A stretch of DNA of 64,000 bases from a virus. Shown in pieces: positions 20,862-31,729 of this stretch (its first letter is position 1; each line of letters starts with the position of its first letter). Both the position numbers and the translations under genes were made by a program. The notes under the pieces are model-generated. The model was not told the DNA's origin. It did no database searches and worked only from the letters and a program-made list of their open reading frames with translations. The stretch spans positions 32,001-96,000 of the IMG/VR virus record IMGVR_UViG_3300042384_000211. One strand, given 5' to 3'.

Positions 20862-22793
20862 CTAAACTCTACCAACAACTACTTCAATTACGCCTTCCGG
20901 GCCATCAAAGTTTTCTAATGCTTTACCAATTACTGATCCAACATGTGGATTGGCTTCTGCTCTTGCTCGGCCATTGCCTGCACTTACCATCATGTCACCT
21001 TTGCGCACAGTACCTTGTACTAGGCATGGAACACGACCTGTTAATGCTAGTGCCACTACATTATCACCCACTAATCCAGTGTTCATTAAGTGCGCTGGTG
21101 CAGTAGATACTACTCCTGCAACACGTGAGCACATGTCTGTGTCACATTGTAAAACTTCAAACTCTCCACCAAAGTGTAATACTGTACCCGGAGCATAGGC
21201 TGCATCTGCTTGATAATTTTCTGCCAAGTCAGCGTATTGTGCTGATGTTGCTCGAGCATGCACAGTGTTAAATGTCGACCCAACTGCACCAATATTACCT
21301 ACACCAGTTGTGCCGCTTTTAACGATTGCTGGAGTAGTAATTTGAGTAGTAAATGTTGGGCTTGTACCAAATACTAACGCACCTGTACCAGTTTCATCTG
21401 TTACAGCAGCTAATAAGTTAGCACTTGATGGAGTTCCTAAGAACGTTGCTATACCTGTACCAAAGCTAGTAATACCAGTACCACCACTTGCAACCGGTAA
21501 TGTGCCTGTGGTCAATGCACTTGTACTTGTTGCGTATACTGCGCCACCATTTGTAAATGATGTTAAACCAGTGCCGCCTTGTGCTGTGCCTACTGCGGTA
21601 AATCCTGTGCCTAATGCACCACCTGTTAATGTGCCAACACTTGTAATGTTAGTTTGTGCAGCTGTTTGTAATGTACCTGTTAAGTTTGTTGTGAAGATAT
21701 TACCTGCATATACATTACCTACAACACCCACGCCACCTTTAACCTGCAATGCACCTGTGGTAGTCGACGTTGACGTAATTGTACTGTATACAAAATTAAT
21801 GCCATAGCTAGATATCGTAGTTTGTACACTTAGGTTAGCTAAGTTACCAACTGTAGTAATACTAGTACCACCAGCAATTGTACCAAAAATATTATCAGCA
21901 GTAATATTACCAACTATTAGATTGGCATAGTTAAAACTAACATTGCCAGTATCAATAACCGTAGTTGGTTGTACAGTTAAATTATCAAATAATTTATAGT
22001 CACCATCTGTAATATCACGGAACAAACCTGTGTATCGTTGTGTACCATCATTGTATGTACTTGTGAATCCAGTATCTAAGCTATCACCTAAGTTGTTATT
22101 GGCCAAGAACACAAACGGAGTATCAATAATTAAACTATCAGATGATGTAGTATTAAATGCACCAGCTACTGTAAACGCACCAGCTACATCTAAACTGCCA
22201 CCAACAAATATATCTTTTGTAACACCAACACCGCCACCAACTATTAATGCTCCGGTAGTAGTATTGGTTGATTGAGTTGTACCTGTTGCATGTATAGTAC
22301 CACCAACATGCAATGCCTGACTAATACCTGCGCCGCCGGTGACTACTATTGCACCAGTTGTAGTTGATGTTGACGTTGGGCTGTCTGTTACTTTTAATCT
22401 AGTATTGCCCGATACAGTAAGTCCTAGTGTAGTTGTACTCGGCCAGTATATACCTGTTGATGGTGCATCAGCTGCACGAATTGACGGATCAACTGTAGTA
22501 CCTACAGGGAAAGAATTTGACGTAAGATTAATTGTAGTTAATGCACCAGCTTTATAACTAATATTAATATTGTTTGTGCCACTAGCTGGAGCAGAAACAA
22601 ATAATAAAGTTTTATTCTGCGCTGTGTAATCAACTTCTGGAACCTGCACAGTACTGCCAACAAATACTAGTATATCTGCGGCTTTACTAACTGCACGATT
22701 TAACGTAAATTCAAGGTCAGAGGCATTCCCGCTAAGTTGTTGGGTACTGGTAGCAACCGTAGATTGCTGAGGTTGTAAACCAATATAAGCCAT
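20862..22793 (-). CDS. tail fibre protein
   Basis: STTTGALxVxGGxG repeats; C-terminal YADLAENY domain paralogous to 12887..15733. Confidence 0.85.
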   Translation of the reverse strand: MAYIGLQPQQSTVATSTQQLSGNASDLEFTLNRAVSKAADILVFVGSTVQVPEVDYTAQNKTLLFVSAPASGTNNINISYKAGALTTINLTSNSFPVGTTVDPSIRAADAPSTGIYWPSTTTLGLTVSGNTRLKVTDSPTSTSTTTGAIVVTGGAGISQALHVGGTIHATGTTQSTNTTTGALIVGGGVGVTKDIFVGGSLDVAGAFTVAGAFNTTSSDSLIIDTPFVFLANNNLGDSLDTGFTSTYNDGTQRYTGLFRDITDGDYKLFDNLTVQPTTVIDTGNVSFNYANLIVGNITADNIFGTIAGGTSITTVGNLANLSVQTTISSYGINFVYSTITSTSTTTGALQVKGGVGVVGNVYAGNIFTTNLTGTLQTAAQTNITSVGTLTGGALGTGFTAVGTAQGGTGLTSFTNGGAVYATSTSALTTGTLPVASGGTGITSFGTGIATFLGTPSSANLLAAVTDETGTGALVFGTSPTFTTQITTPAIVKSGTTGVGNIGAVGSTFNTVHARATSAQYADLAENYQADAAYAPGTVLHFGGEFEVLQCDTDMCSRVAGVVSTAPAHLMNTGLVGDNVVALALTGRVPCLVQGTVRKGDMMVSAGNGRARAEANPHVGSVIGKALENFDGPEGVIEVVVGRV

Positions 22794-22794
22794 A

Positions 22795-23127
22795 TTATGT
22801 TATCTCCATGATGCTCAAAACTGCGTCAAGTGATGATGCCGAATCACTTTTAATTTTAACTGAATCACCTTCAGCTAAAATAATTTTTTGTTCGCCGCCA
22901 ATCGGCACTAACGCACCACCCGCGGATATCGGAGCAGCTTTAACAACGTAATGTTCGTTTGTTCCGTCATTTACTGTAATATCAACTGCTACCGTAGCAC
23001 CCGATGTATTACAAACAGTTAGCCCAACTATTACCGCAGTGGTATCTGCTGCAACAGTGTAGCCGCCAATTGCCGTTAATGATGTACCTACGTTTCTACT
23101 TAATTTTCTATAAAATGTATTTGCCAT
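22795..23127 (-). CDS. small virion structural protein
   Basis: in structural operon; beta-sandwich-like sequence. Confidence 0.65.
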   Translation of the reverse strand: MANTFYRKLSRNVGTSLTAIGGYTVAADTTAVIVGLTVCNTSGATVAVDITVNDGTNEHYVVKAAPISAGGALVPIGGEQKIILAEGDSVKIKSDSASSLDAVLSIMEIT

Positions 23128-23131
23128 ATAA

Positions 23132-24592
23132 TTATCCTAATGCGATCGCTAAAGCGGTTGCGTCATCCGTTGTTGCTACTATTGCTCCACCTACTGTAAT
23201 TTGGTTTGTAGTGTCGTTAAAAGTTAAATTTGCGCTACCACCAAAATCGTTTCCGTTATTATATTGTATGTATGAATCCGAACCAGCTACAATAGCAGCT
23301 TTTGTTTGTGTGCCACCGCCACCAAATGTAATCTCTGGTGCATTTATAGTACCGGTGCCATTTAAATTAAAATCTATATTACCGTCTGTGCTTGCTGACA
23401 ATGTAATAGTTGCACGACCTAAATCTCTATTAGTAGATAATACTAAATTGTATGCACCAAAACTTGAAATATTAGCTGCTGTACTACCATCACCTACATA
23501 AAGATGTGATAGTGCAGTAACAACGCCTATTCCGCTTGGGTTAAGTTCAATGTTACCATCATCACTTTGTACTAATGTAATTTTTGGAGCATTTGCACCT
23601 GTGTCATTGGTAGTTAACGTTAAATCATAACTACCTTTAGATGTAACTACGCCAGCGGCACTACCACTACCAACAGTAACATTTCCTGTAACTGCAAGTG
23701 CTGTTAATGTGCCCACGGCGGTAATTGCTGTTTGACTTGCAGTTTGTATATTACCAGTTAAATTAGTTGCATAGACTTCAGCCCATTTCTGATCGGCGCT
23801 ACCTAACTGATAAGTTGAATCTGTATTCGGAATAACATTGCTGTTTACATCTGCACCAAATACAACATTATCTGTATTACTATCACCAAGTGTTAGTGTG
23901 CCACCGTTGAGTGTGCTTAAACCATGTACAGTTAAATTACCTTGTACTGTTGCATCACCAGCAACACTTAATGATGTTAAGTTACCAACTGTGGTAATAT
24001 TTGTTTGACTTGCTGTTTGAATTGTGCCTGTTAGATTAGTAGCAAACACATTGGCCCATTTCTGTCCCGAGCTGCCTAAATGATAAGTTGCATCCGTGTT
24101 TGGAATAATACTACTATTAATATCAGCACCAAATACAACATTATCAGTATCAGTATCACCAAGGGTTAGTGTCCCACCGTTGAGAGTAGTTAGACCTTGT
24201 ACTGTTAGGTTGCCAAAGACTGTAGCAGCACCTGCAACACTCAATGATGTTAAGTTACCAACTGTGGTTAAACTTGAATTTACCACTGCTGCACCAAGTG
24301 TGGTTGCATTTAGAACTGATGTACCGTTAATGGCGTATCTATTACCTGCGGCTAAACTAACACCATCTGCGTCAACTGTATGTTCAGTCGTGCCATCCAC
24401 AACAATATAAACTGTTGACCCACTGCCAGTGTCGTTGATAGAAATACTGCTGTCGTTTTTTGTAATCTGACTAACGCCAACACTACCTGAGATGTTTACG
24501 TTACCGGATGTATTGATATCGCCTGTTGCGGCATCGATTGTTAGGGCACCGACCGTGAGTCCGTTGTGGACCACGAAGTTTTTGTTAGCCAT
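23132..24592 (-). CDS. tail fibre/baseplate-associated structural protein
   Basis: internal ~90-aa duplication; start MANKNF follows late promoter TATAAATA at 24631-24638. Confidence 0.7.
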   Translation of the reverse strand: MANKNFVVHNGLTVGALTIDAATGDINTSGNVNISGSVGVSQITKNDSSISINDTGSGSTVYIVVDGTTEHTVDADGVSLAAGNRYAINGTSVLNATTLGAAVVNSSLTTVGNLTSLSVAGAATVFGNLTVQGLTTLNGGTLTLGDTDTDNVVFGADINSSIIPNTDATYHLGSSGQKWANVFATNLTGTIQTASQTNITTVGNLTSLSVAGDATVQGNLTVHGLSTLNGGTLTLGDSNTDNVVFGADVNSNVIPNTDSTYQLGSADQKWAEVYATNLTGNIQTASQTAITAVGTLTALAVTGNVTVGSGSAAGVVTSKGSYDLTLTTNDTGANAPKITLVQSDDGNIELNPSGIGVVTALSHLYVGDGSTAANISSFGAYNLVLSTNRDLGRATITLSASTDGNIDFNLNGTGTINAPEITFGGGGTQTKAAIVAGSDSYIQYNNGNDFGGSANLTFNDTTNQITVGGAIVATTDDATALAIALG

Positions 24593-24665
24593 TGTTCCAT
24601 ATCTCCCAAATGTGCTATTTGCTTTATAGTTATTTATACAAATCAACAAAGTAATAGAGGTCAAA

Positions 24666-24691
24666 AAAATAGCACCCGAAGGTGCTATTTT
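24666..24691 (-). terminator. terminator of groESL
   Basis: AAAATAGCAC-CCGAAG-GTGCTATTTT. Confidence 0.85.
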
Positions 24692-24715
24692 AAGAACAAT
24701 TAACTAGTCAGTTAA

Positions 24716-26631
<1,916 letters not shown>

Positions 26632-26635
26632 TTCT

Positions 26636-26690
26636 TACTCCTTTATTAAGCAAATAAAATTTTCGTTCCGCCCTATTATAGGCACGAAAC
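26636..26690 (-). promoter_or_regulatory. ROSE-like 5' UTR structure (putative RNA thermometer) of groES
   Basis: 5' hairpin with GCCUAUAAUAGGG core, then UUUGCU able to pair with the AGGAG SD; shared with the dnaK leader. Confidence 0.6.
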
Positions 26691-26719
26691 AACTAGTATA
26701 TACTAGAAAAATATTTATG

Positions 26720-27223
26720 TCAACTGTTTTTGATTAATTTATAATTAGAAAACTGTCCAACAATCAACGGTAATATTTCGTCAGCGTGTTCATCGGTTAA
26801 GTTGCTTAAGATACGATTTAAGTAAGCAGGCAACACCTGAAAATTGTCTGGATGGTTAATTTGAGCATCAGTCCAACCAAGTGCCTTGGCTCTAGATTTA
26901 GGAACAATATGATCCAATTGCGGCTCATGCCATTCCCATTCGCAACCGGTTTCTACTTTGTTGTCGCCGCGACCCCAATCATACAATCGAATAATTCCTG
27001 TACCACTGGTCCAAGTATCTGGTGCCTTTTGGTACATAAGTTCTGTTTCGGCATCTGTCCAGCGATACTTAGATTTATAGTATCCAAATATCACTACACG
27101 TTTCAAATCACGAGTCTCGCAAAATTCATTAAACAGATCGATTGTATAATACGTACTGTCGTCAAAACTTGTACAAGGCTCGCGATTTACAATGCTCTCA
27201 TTGATTATATCGTGCTGTTTCAT
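26720..27223 (-). CDS. HNH endonuclease-domain protein
   Basis: LDHIVPKS...NHPDNFQVL...LN. Confidence 0.75.
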   Translation of the reverse strand: MKQHDIINESIVNREPCTSFDDSTYYTIDLFNEFCETRDLKRVVIFGYYKSKYRWTDAETELMYQKAPDTWTSGTGIIRLYDWGRGDNKVETGCEWEWHEPQLDHIVPKSRAKALGWTDAQINHPDNFQVLPAYLNRILSNLTDEHADEILPLIVGQFSNYKLIKNS

Positions 27224-27224
27224 A

Positions 27225-28427
27225 TTAGACCAATGCTAGTTTAAACTGTTTAAATCCAGTTGGCCAAGTTGGTTCTGTCCAATTAATTTCTGGAGCATAT
27301 TTCTTACAAACTTGCCAAATGCCGTGCGCAATAATCATTTCCTCTGGAACACGGCTGTTATTATAATCACTCCAAGTTTGATGTTTGTAAGCATCTTTGA
27401 TATTTTTGTGTAACTGGTTACCCATGTTATTTTTCTGCCAACGTTTACGTAATGCATTCATTAACGCATAATCAACGACATCATCTGTTTCAACAATTCG
27501 TTGGTATTTAAGAAATTCACTAATACCCCAAGTATTAGCAGTTTGGAACTTGCTAGTTGGAAATAACTGCGCATTTAATGTTGTAGCACGTGTAAAATGA
27601 TCTTGGCCATACCTGATACGATAATTAATCATGTTACCGATGCCAGTAAGTACTAGTGCAAAGCTACCCGTACTCTTGTCTGTTTTTTCAGTAACAGTTA
27701 CTCCTAAATTAGCAAACAATTCGCTAAGTTCATAACTAATTGCATCTTCTGCTTCACTAGGCATGCCTGCATCACGTGCAGCTTGCTCACGTTGCACACG
27801 GATACGATAGCGGTCAAACTCACTAGCAACCAAGCTGTGAATGTTAATAGCTGCGTACTGTGCTACGTCCCAAAACTCATCATCACTTTCAATATAGCTG
27901 ATAGGCACTTGCTCAATACCTAATATAATACAAGCCAAAATACGGTGTTGAGCATCGTTAACAAACAAACGGCCGTTACTGTCTAACCGACCAACGCCAG
28001 GTAATACCAGCCCTGGATTAAAACGGAAGATAATATCACCAAAGATATGACGCAAGAATACGTCACGTTGTTTTTCAGCATTTTTAACTAGAATTACAAT
28101 ATCATGCAAACTAGTTGGATCATAGTTAAGTGGTTTTGTTTCAAGTTTTTTAGCCGCATCTGCTAGGCTGTTGTACTCCGGCAAATCAATGCCCAGTAAT
28201 GGATTGTCGGTACCCATCAGTACTAACTTATTAAGTGAAAAGATTACTACTTCTACAAGAGTAGGACGCTTTCCTAGCGACCGAGTATTAACATACTCCG
28301 GAATACGTGCTAGACGAGCTTTTTGTTCTGTTAAGGTCAACGAGTTCCATGGCACACGGTTTGCTTTTGGGCCAAGTACTTTGAATAAGTCCGCACCGAA
28401 TTGTGCTGAGATTTTTGGATGGTACAT
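27225..28427 (-). CDS. ParB/Srx-like (DGQHR-type) domain protein
   Basis: LFVNDAQHRILA...VPISYI; own promoter at 28518-28545 (TTGACA-N16-TATAAT). Confidence 0.55.
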   Translation of the reverse strand: MYHPKISAQFGADLFKVLGPKANRVPWNSLTLTEQKARLARIPEYVNTRSLGKRPTLVEVVIFSLNKLVLMGTDNPLLGIDLPEYNSLADAAKKLETKPLNYDPTSLHDIVILVKNAEKQRDVFLRHIFGDIIFRFNPGLVLPGVGRLDSNGRLFVNDAQHRILACIILGIEQVPISYIESDDEFWDVAQYAAINIHSLVASEFDRYRIRVQREQAARDAGMPSEAEDAISYELSELFANLGVTVTEKTDKSTGSFALVLTGIGNMINYRIRYGQDHFTRATTLNAQLFPTSKFQTANTWGISEFLKYQRIVETDDVVDYALMNALRKRWQKNNMGNQLHKNIKDAYKHQTWSDYNNSRVPEEMIIAHGIWQVCKKYAPEINWTEPTWPTGFKQFKLALV

Positions 28428-28560
28428 ATAATTTCCTTTATATAAAAGTACGCTTGATCAACAATGCGTATTACTGCAATTAAAAATAAAGTGTTTGATA
28501 TCACAAACACAAATACAATTATACACGATTTTGCATAATTGTCAACCTCTTTTTGGTCGT

Positions 28561-28583
28561 AAAAAACCCGCCGAAGCGGGTTT
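28561..28583 (-). terminator. terminator after tmRNA
   Basis: AAACCCGC-TTCG-GCGGGTTTTTT on the minus strand. Confidence 0.9.
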
Positions 28584-28945
28584 GGTTATTTCTGTTGCCA
28601 GGTAAGTCCTACCCCGGTTGTTTTAGACTAAGCTAAAACAGCAGCATCAGTACGTGAACCGAAGCGGAAGCCACGACCCATAGATACTTTTGCTACACCA
28701 TTTGTATTTGCTTTTTCTGCATTTACGATTTTTGCATTTAACGTGACCCCACGTGTTGCCCTTTATCCTATCTCACGCTGTCGAAACCTGGTCAGGCCCA
28801 TTAGTAAGTACATTAACCCGTTTGCGCTACGGTAACCCGCGGAAGGTCGTCATCTAGAATGACTCCGCATATATTGATTAAGTGGCATTAATGTACTTAC
28901 TGGTGGACCTGGGCGGAATCGAACCGCCGTCCAACATGCCTTACT
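28584..28945 (-). ncRNA. ssrA: circularly permuted (two-piece) tmRNA
   Basis: T-arm/acceptor end GGCGGTTCGATTCCGCCCAGGTCCACCA (ends 28901) precedes the 5' end GGGCCTGACCAGGTTTCGAC (starts 28799); 7-bp acceptor stem with G3.U; tag ORF 28720-28628; outer boundaries approximate. Confidence 0.9.
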
Positions 28946-28968
28946 TTAAGAGTTATACAACAATTTCT

Positions 28969-29211
28969 TTAATCAGTTGCCTTTTCCATGTAAGGAAGTT
29001 TACCCAACATGTGTAAACGCAACATTTGATGTTTTTTGTCAACCGCCACTTCTTCTGTTACACTAGCACCTTCGAGAACTTCTTTATCTTTAACAGGTGC
29101 CGCATATGAACGTTTGGCTAGTTGCTGTTGATTAACAACATTGCTCTGTTCATCTGCCTGTGCTACACCTACTGCTAATAGTGCTACGAATACTAAACTA
29201 CGTGCTAACAT
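28969..29211 (-). CDS. small secreted/periplasmic protein
   Basis: signal peptide ending AQA; GGAG RBS; internal repeat LAKRSY / LGKLPY. Confidence 0.7.
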   Translation of the reverse strand: MLARSLVFVALLAVGVAQADEQSNVVNQQQLAKRSYAAPVKDKEVLEGASVTEEVAVDKKHQMLRLHMLGKLPYMEKATD

Positions 29212-29311
29212 TTCAACTTCTCCTCTGTGTATACTATTAATTATACACAGACGAGGCCGAAAATCATGTGTTAGCTAACATACATCAGTATATGCTACTC
29301 AGCATACTAGA

Positions 29312-29383
29312 TTACTTAGCACAAATAGGACAGGTACACTCTAGCTTATGCCATAACCAAAATTTGGTCTGTTTAGATTTCAT
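29312..29383 (-). CDS. putative 23-aa Cys-rich micropeptide
   Basis: MKSKQTKFWLWHKLECTCPICAK; ATGA-coupled to the upstream micro-ORF. Confidence 0.4.
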   Translation of the reverse strand: MKSKQTKFWLWHKLECTCPICAK

Positions 29384-29445
29384 TTACTCTTTCTACGTGC
29401 AGTAGCACGAATACTTCTTGGGTGATGCGCTCTGAATTTAGCCAT
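29380..29445 (-). CDS. putative 21-aa basic micropeptide
   Basis: MAKFRAHHPRSIRATARRKSK; GGAG RBS; TAAATA late-type motif upstream. Confidence 0.5.
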   Translation of the reverse strand: MAKFRAHHPRSIRATARRKSK

Positions 29446-29477
29446 GTCAATCTCCCGGATTATAAAACTATTTAGTA

Positions 29478-29789
29478 TTAACTAGTGATGCCAGCACGGG
29501 CTTTAATAGCTGCCAAACTTAAGTTTGGTTTGGTTAACTTAACAGCATAGTTAAGATTGTATTTCTCATCTGCTAGAGTAATAGCTTCTGCAAATTTAGG
29601 ATTCTGCATTAACTCAGTTGTTTTAAGATAGGTCACAGCATCGGCCTTAGACATTGCTTCTGGAAGTTCCATAAGCTCAATATCGGTATGCCCAGCTTTA
29701 ATTAACATCTTAACACGGCTTACAAAGTCATTAGCAAAACGTACTTTAGTAAGACCATCTTGAGTTGAAACACCTGTTACTTTAAACAT
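29478..29789 (-). CDS. hypothetical phage protein
   Basis: ORF with AGGAG RBS. Confidence 0.8.
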   Translation of the reverse strand: MFKVTGVSTQDGLTKVRFANDFVSRVKMLIKAGHTDIELMELPEAMSKADAVTYLKTTELMQNPKFAEAITLADEKYNLNYAVKLTKPNLSLAAIKARAGITS

Positions 29790-29800
29790 AATTACTCCTA

Positions 29801-29989
29801 TTAATTAAGGTCCATCGTGTTATATTCTTTGATTAGGGCCACTAACTCATCTTCAGTATTACACATGACTTTAGCAGTTTTCCAATCTTCTTTTTTGTCG
29901 TTACCACTGACTTCTACCATCCAACCGTTGTCATAACGATAAACAGTAAAACTGTCATTTACCTTTGCTAACTTAGTTAATTTTGCCAT
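29801..29989 (-). CDS. hypothetical phage protein
   Basis: ORF with AGGA RBS. Confidence 0.75.
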   Translation of the reverse strand: MAKLTKLAKVNDSFTVYRYDNGWMVEVSGNDKKEDWKTAKVMCNTEDELVALIKEYNTMDLN

Positions 29990-29999
29990 TTACTTTTCC

Positions 30000-30194
30000 T
30001 TAGTTAATTTGAACTGCACGTTGAACATGGCAGTGATTTGCACCACCATTCATGTTTTTAACCAATTGTTCGGCCGCACCTTGATAAGGAGCATCTACCA
30101 CAGTGGTATAGTTACTAGGACCCGAACTCATCCAAGCACCACCTTCATTAATATTATTAGTAAGAACTTTATATGTAACTTCAAATCTTGGCAT
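30000..30194 (-). CDS. hypothetical early protein
   Basis: AGGAG RBS; promoter at 30230-30258. Confidence 0.75.
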   Translation of the reverse strand: MPRFEVTYKVLTNNINEGGAWMSSGPSNYTTVVDAPYQGAAEQLVKNMNGGANHCHVQRAVQIN

Positions 30195-30229
30195 TTTTAT
30201 CTCCTGTTGTTTAATTAACTTACAAACCT

Positions 30230-30258
30230 ATTATACAATCATTTAACCATTTTGTCAA
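30230..30258 (-). promoter_or_regulatory. sigma70-type early promoter (repeat family)
   Basis: TTGACA-N17-TATAAT. Confidence 0.85.
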
Positions 30259-30264
30259 CCAAAA

Positions 30265-30885
30265 TTAGCGTTTAGTAATAACCTCATCTGCTAGACCATA
30301 TGCTACTGCTTCGTCGGCACTTAAGAACGTATCAAACTTCATTGCTTCGTAAAGTTCATCATATGTTTTGCCAGCCGTGTTATGACGTGCATATAGTTCT
30401 GTTAAGCGTTTGTTAATGCGCACTGACTCTTCAAAGCTACGTTTAGCATCTTCAAACTGTAGATCTTGTACGTGTACTGAACCACGTGTGCCCGGAGTAC
30501 CCGAACTAACACGGTGAATCATTGTACGTGCTTCTGGCAATACAATACGCTTGCCTGCGGCTCCTGCTTGAGCTAAGAAACTACCCATTGAACATGCTTG
30601 TCCAAGTACAATAGTTGATACATCACATTTAATAAACTGCATTGTATCATAAATTGCTAAGCCAGCAGTTACGCTACCACCCGGGCTATTGATGTAAAAC
30701 AAAATGTCTTTCTCTGGGCTTTCGCTTTCTAAGAACAGCATCTGCGCTACAATTAAACTAGCAGTATGCTCGTTAACATCAGTATCCAACATGATGATAC
30801 GATCTTTAAGTAAGCGTGAATAAATGTCGTAGCTACGTTCGCCTTGACTTGTACGTTCTACTACCATTGGGACTAAAGTTGACAT
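30265..30885 (-). CDS. clpP: ATP-dependent Clp protease proteolytic subunit
   Basis: [20 protein letters not shown], catalytic Ser (ACSMG), His (MIH) and Asp (DTFL). Confidence 0.96.
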   Translation of the reverse strand: MSTLVPMVVERTSQGERSYDIYSRLLKDRIIMLDTDVNEHTASLIVAQMLFLESESPEKDILFYINSPGGSVTAGLAIYDTMQFIKCDVSTIVLGQACSMGSFLAQAGAAGKRIVLPEARTMIHRVSSGTPGTRGSVHVQDLQFEDAKRSFEESVRINKRLTELYARHNTAGKTYDELYEAMKFDTFLSADEAVAYGLADEVITKR

Positions 30886-30995
30886 GTAATTCCTTTTGTT
30901 GAAATAAATCTACCATTGGTATCTCTTGGACGCATCCGTGCCCAAAACGATTTTGGTGATAGTGACATTAATTTTTTATAATCACTTAATAACAT
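30873..30995 (-). CDS. 40-aa hypothetical protein (not in ORF track)
   Basis: AGGAG RBS; MLLSDYKK...[12 protein letters not shown]; overlaps the clpP start. Confidence 0.55.
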   Translation of the reverse strand: MLLSDYKKLMSLSPKSFWARMRPRDTNGRFISTKGITCQL

Positions 30996-31008
30996 ATTGC
31001 TCCTTTAT

Positions 31009-31260
31009 TTAATGACGTTCCTGACGCTCTTTACAAAAAACACAAAGACGCACACCTGGAATTGCAAGACGTCGTGCTAGCGGAATCTCATCACCGCATT
31101 CTTCACACTCTTCTGCACTGGGTTCTGCGGCTTGTTTAGCCAATTGACGTCGAACATTAGCAATAGCATTCATGTTATTATGAATAGCATGAAGTTGTCC
31201 CATTTCTGCTTCTTCTTCATTATTATACGAGAAATCGTCTTGCAAGTCTAGTTCTTTCAT
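31009..31260 (-). CDS. TraR/DksA C4 zinc-finger protein
   Basis: CEECGDEIPLARRLAIPGVRLCVFC. Confidence 0.9.
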   Translation of the reverse strand: MKELDLQDDFSYNNEEEAEMGQLHAIHNNMNAIANVRRQLAKQAAEPSAEECEECGDEIPLARRLAIPGVRLCVFCKERQERH

Positions 31261-31275
31261 TTACTTTCCTTCTAA

Positions 31276-31596
31276 TTAGTCGGCACGTGAACCAGCATAA
31301 GCACGGAAGCCATATTTAGTTAATACGTCCGCATAAGCACGTGCACCTTCTTCTAACACATCCATACTTTGACCATGGTAGTTACCTGGGCTCCACAAGT
31401 TCAAACATTTAGGACGATAGTCTTTCTTAAAACCAACACCAAGTAAGCCTTTAGCTTCTGTTGAGTTAGTACGGTCTACGTACACGTTAACCCAAGCAAA
31501 ACCACAGTAGGCCATTTCGCCGTGTGTTTTAAGAAAAGCGTTTTGAGCGTTAGTTGCTGCTGTTTGTGCTTCGTTGTGAATAGCTTGAAAGTTCAT
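31276..31596 (-). CDS. conserved early phage protein
   Basis: CGFAWV and C-terminal SRAD motif; AGGAG RBS. Confidence 0.8.
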   Translation of the reverse strand: MNFQAIHNEAQTAATNAQNAFLKTHGEMAYCGFAWVNVYVDRTNSTEAKGLLGVGFKKDYRPKCLNLWSPGNYHGQSMDVLEEGARAYADVLTKYGFRAYAGSRAD

Positions 31597-31629
31597 TTAT
31601 TGCTCCTGTGTTGTTAGTGTATGTGTAAC

Positions 31630-31658
31630 ATTATACATTCATTTAACCAAAATGTCAA
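31630..31658 (-). promoter_or_regulatory. sigma70-type early promoter (repeat family)
   Basis: TTGACA-N17-TATAAT. Confidence 0.9.
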
Positions 31659-31729
31659 CCAAAATCTTACATACTCCAATATGTTCAGTTGTATAAAATT
31701 TGTATAAATAATACTACAAAGGAGTCAAA

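Noticed and set aside
9452-24664. Diversity-generating retroelement acting on tail fibres
   Set aside because: No reverse transcriptase is in the window and no adenine-specific TR/VR pair was seen
28901-28935. tRNA gene (T-arm plus CCA)
   Set aside because: There is no D or anticodon arm upstream; the acceptor partner strand lies downstream, as in a permuted tmRNA
30873-30995. N-terminal extension of ClpP
   Set aside because: The upstream ORF is in a different frame and stops at 30873; clpP has its own AGGA RBS
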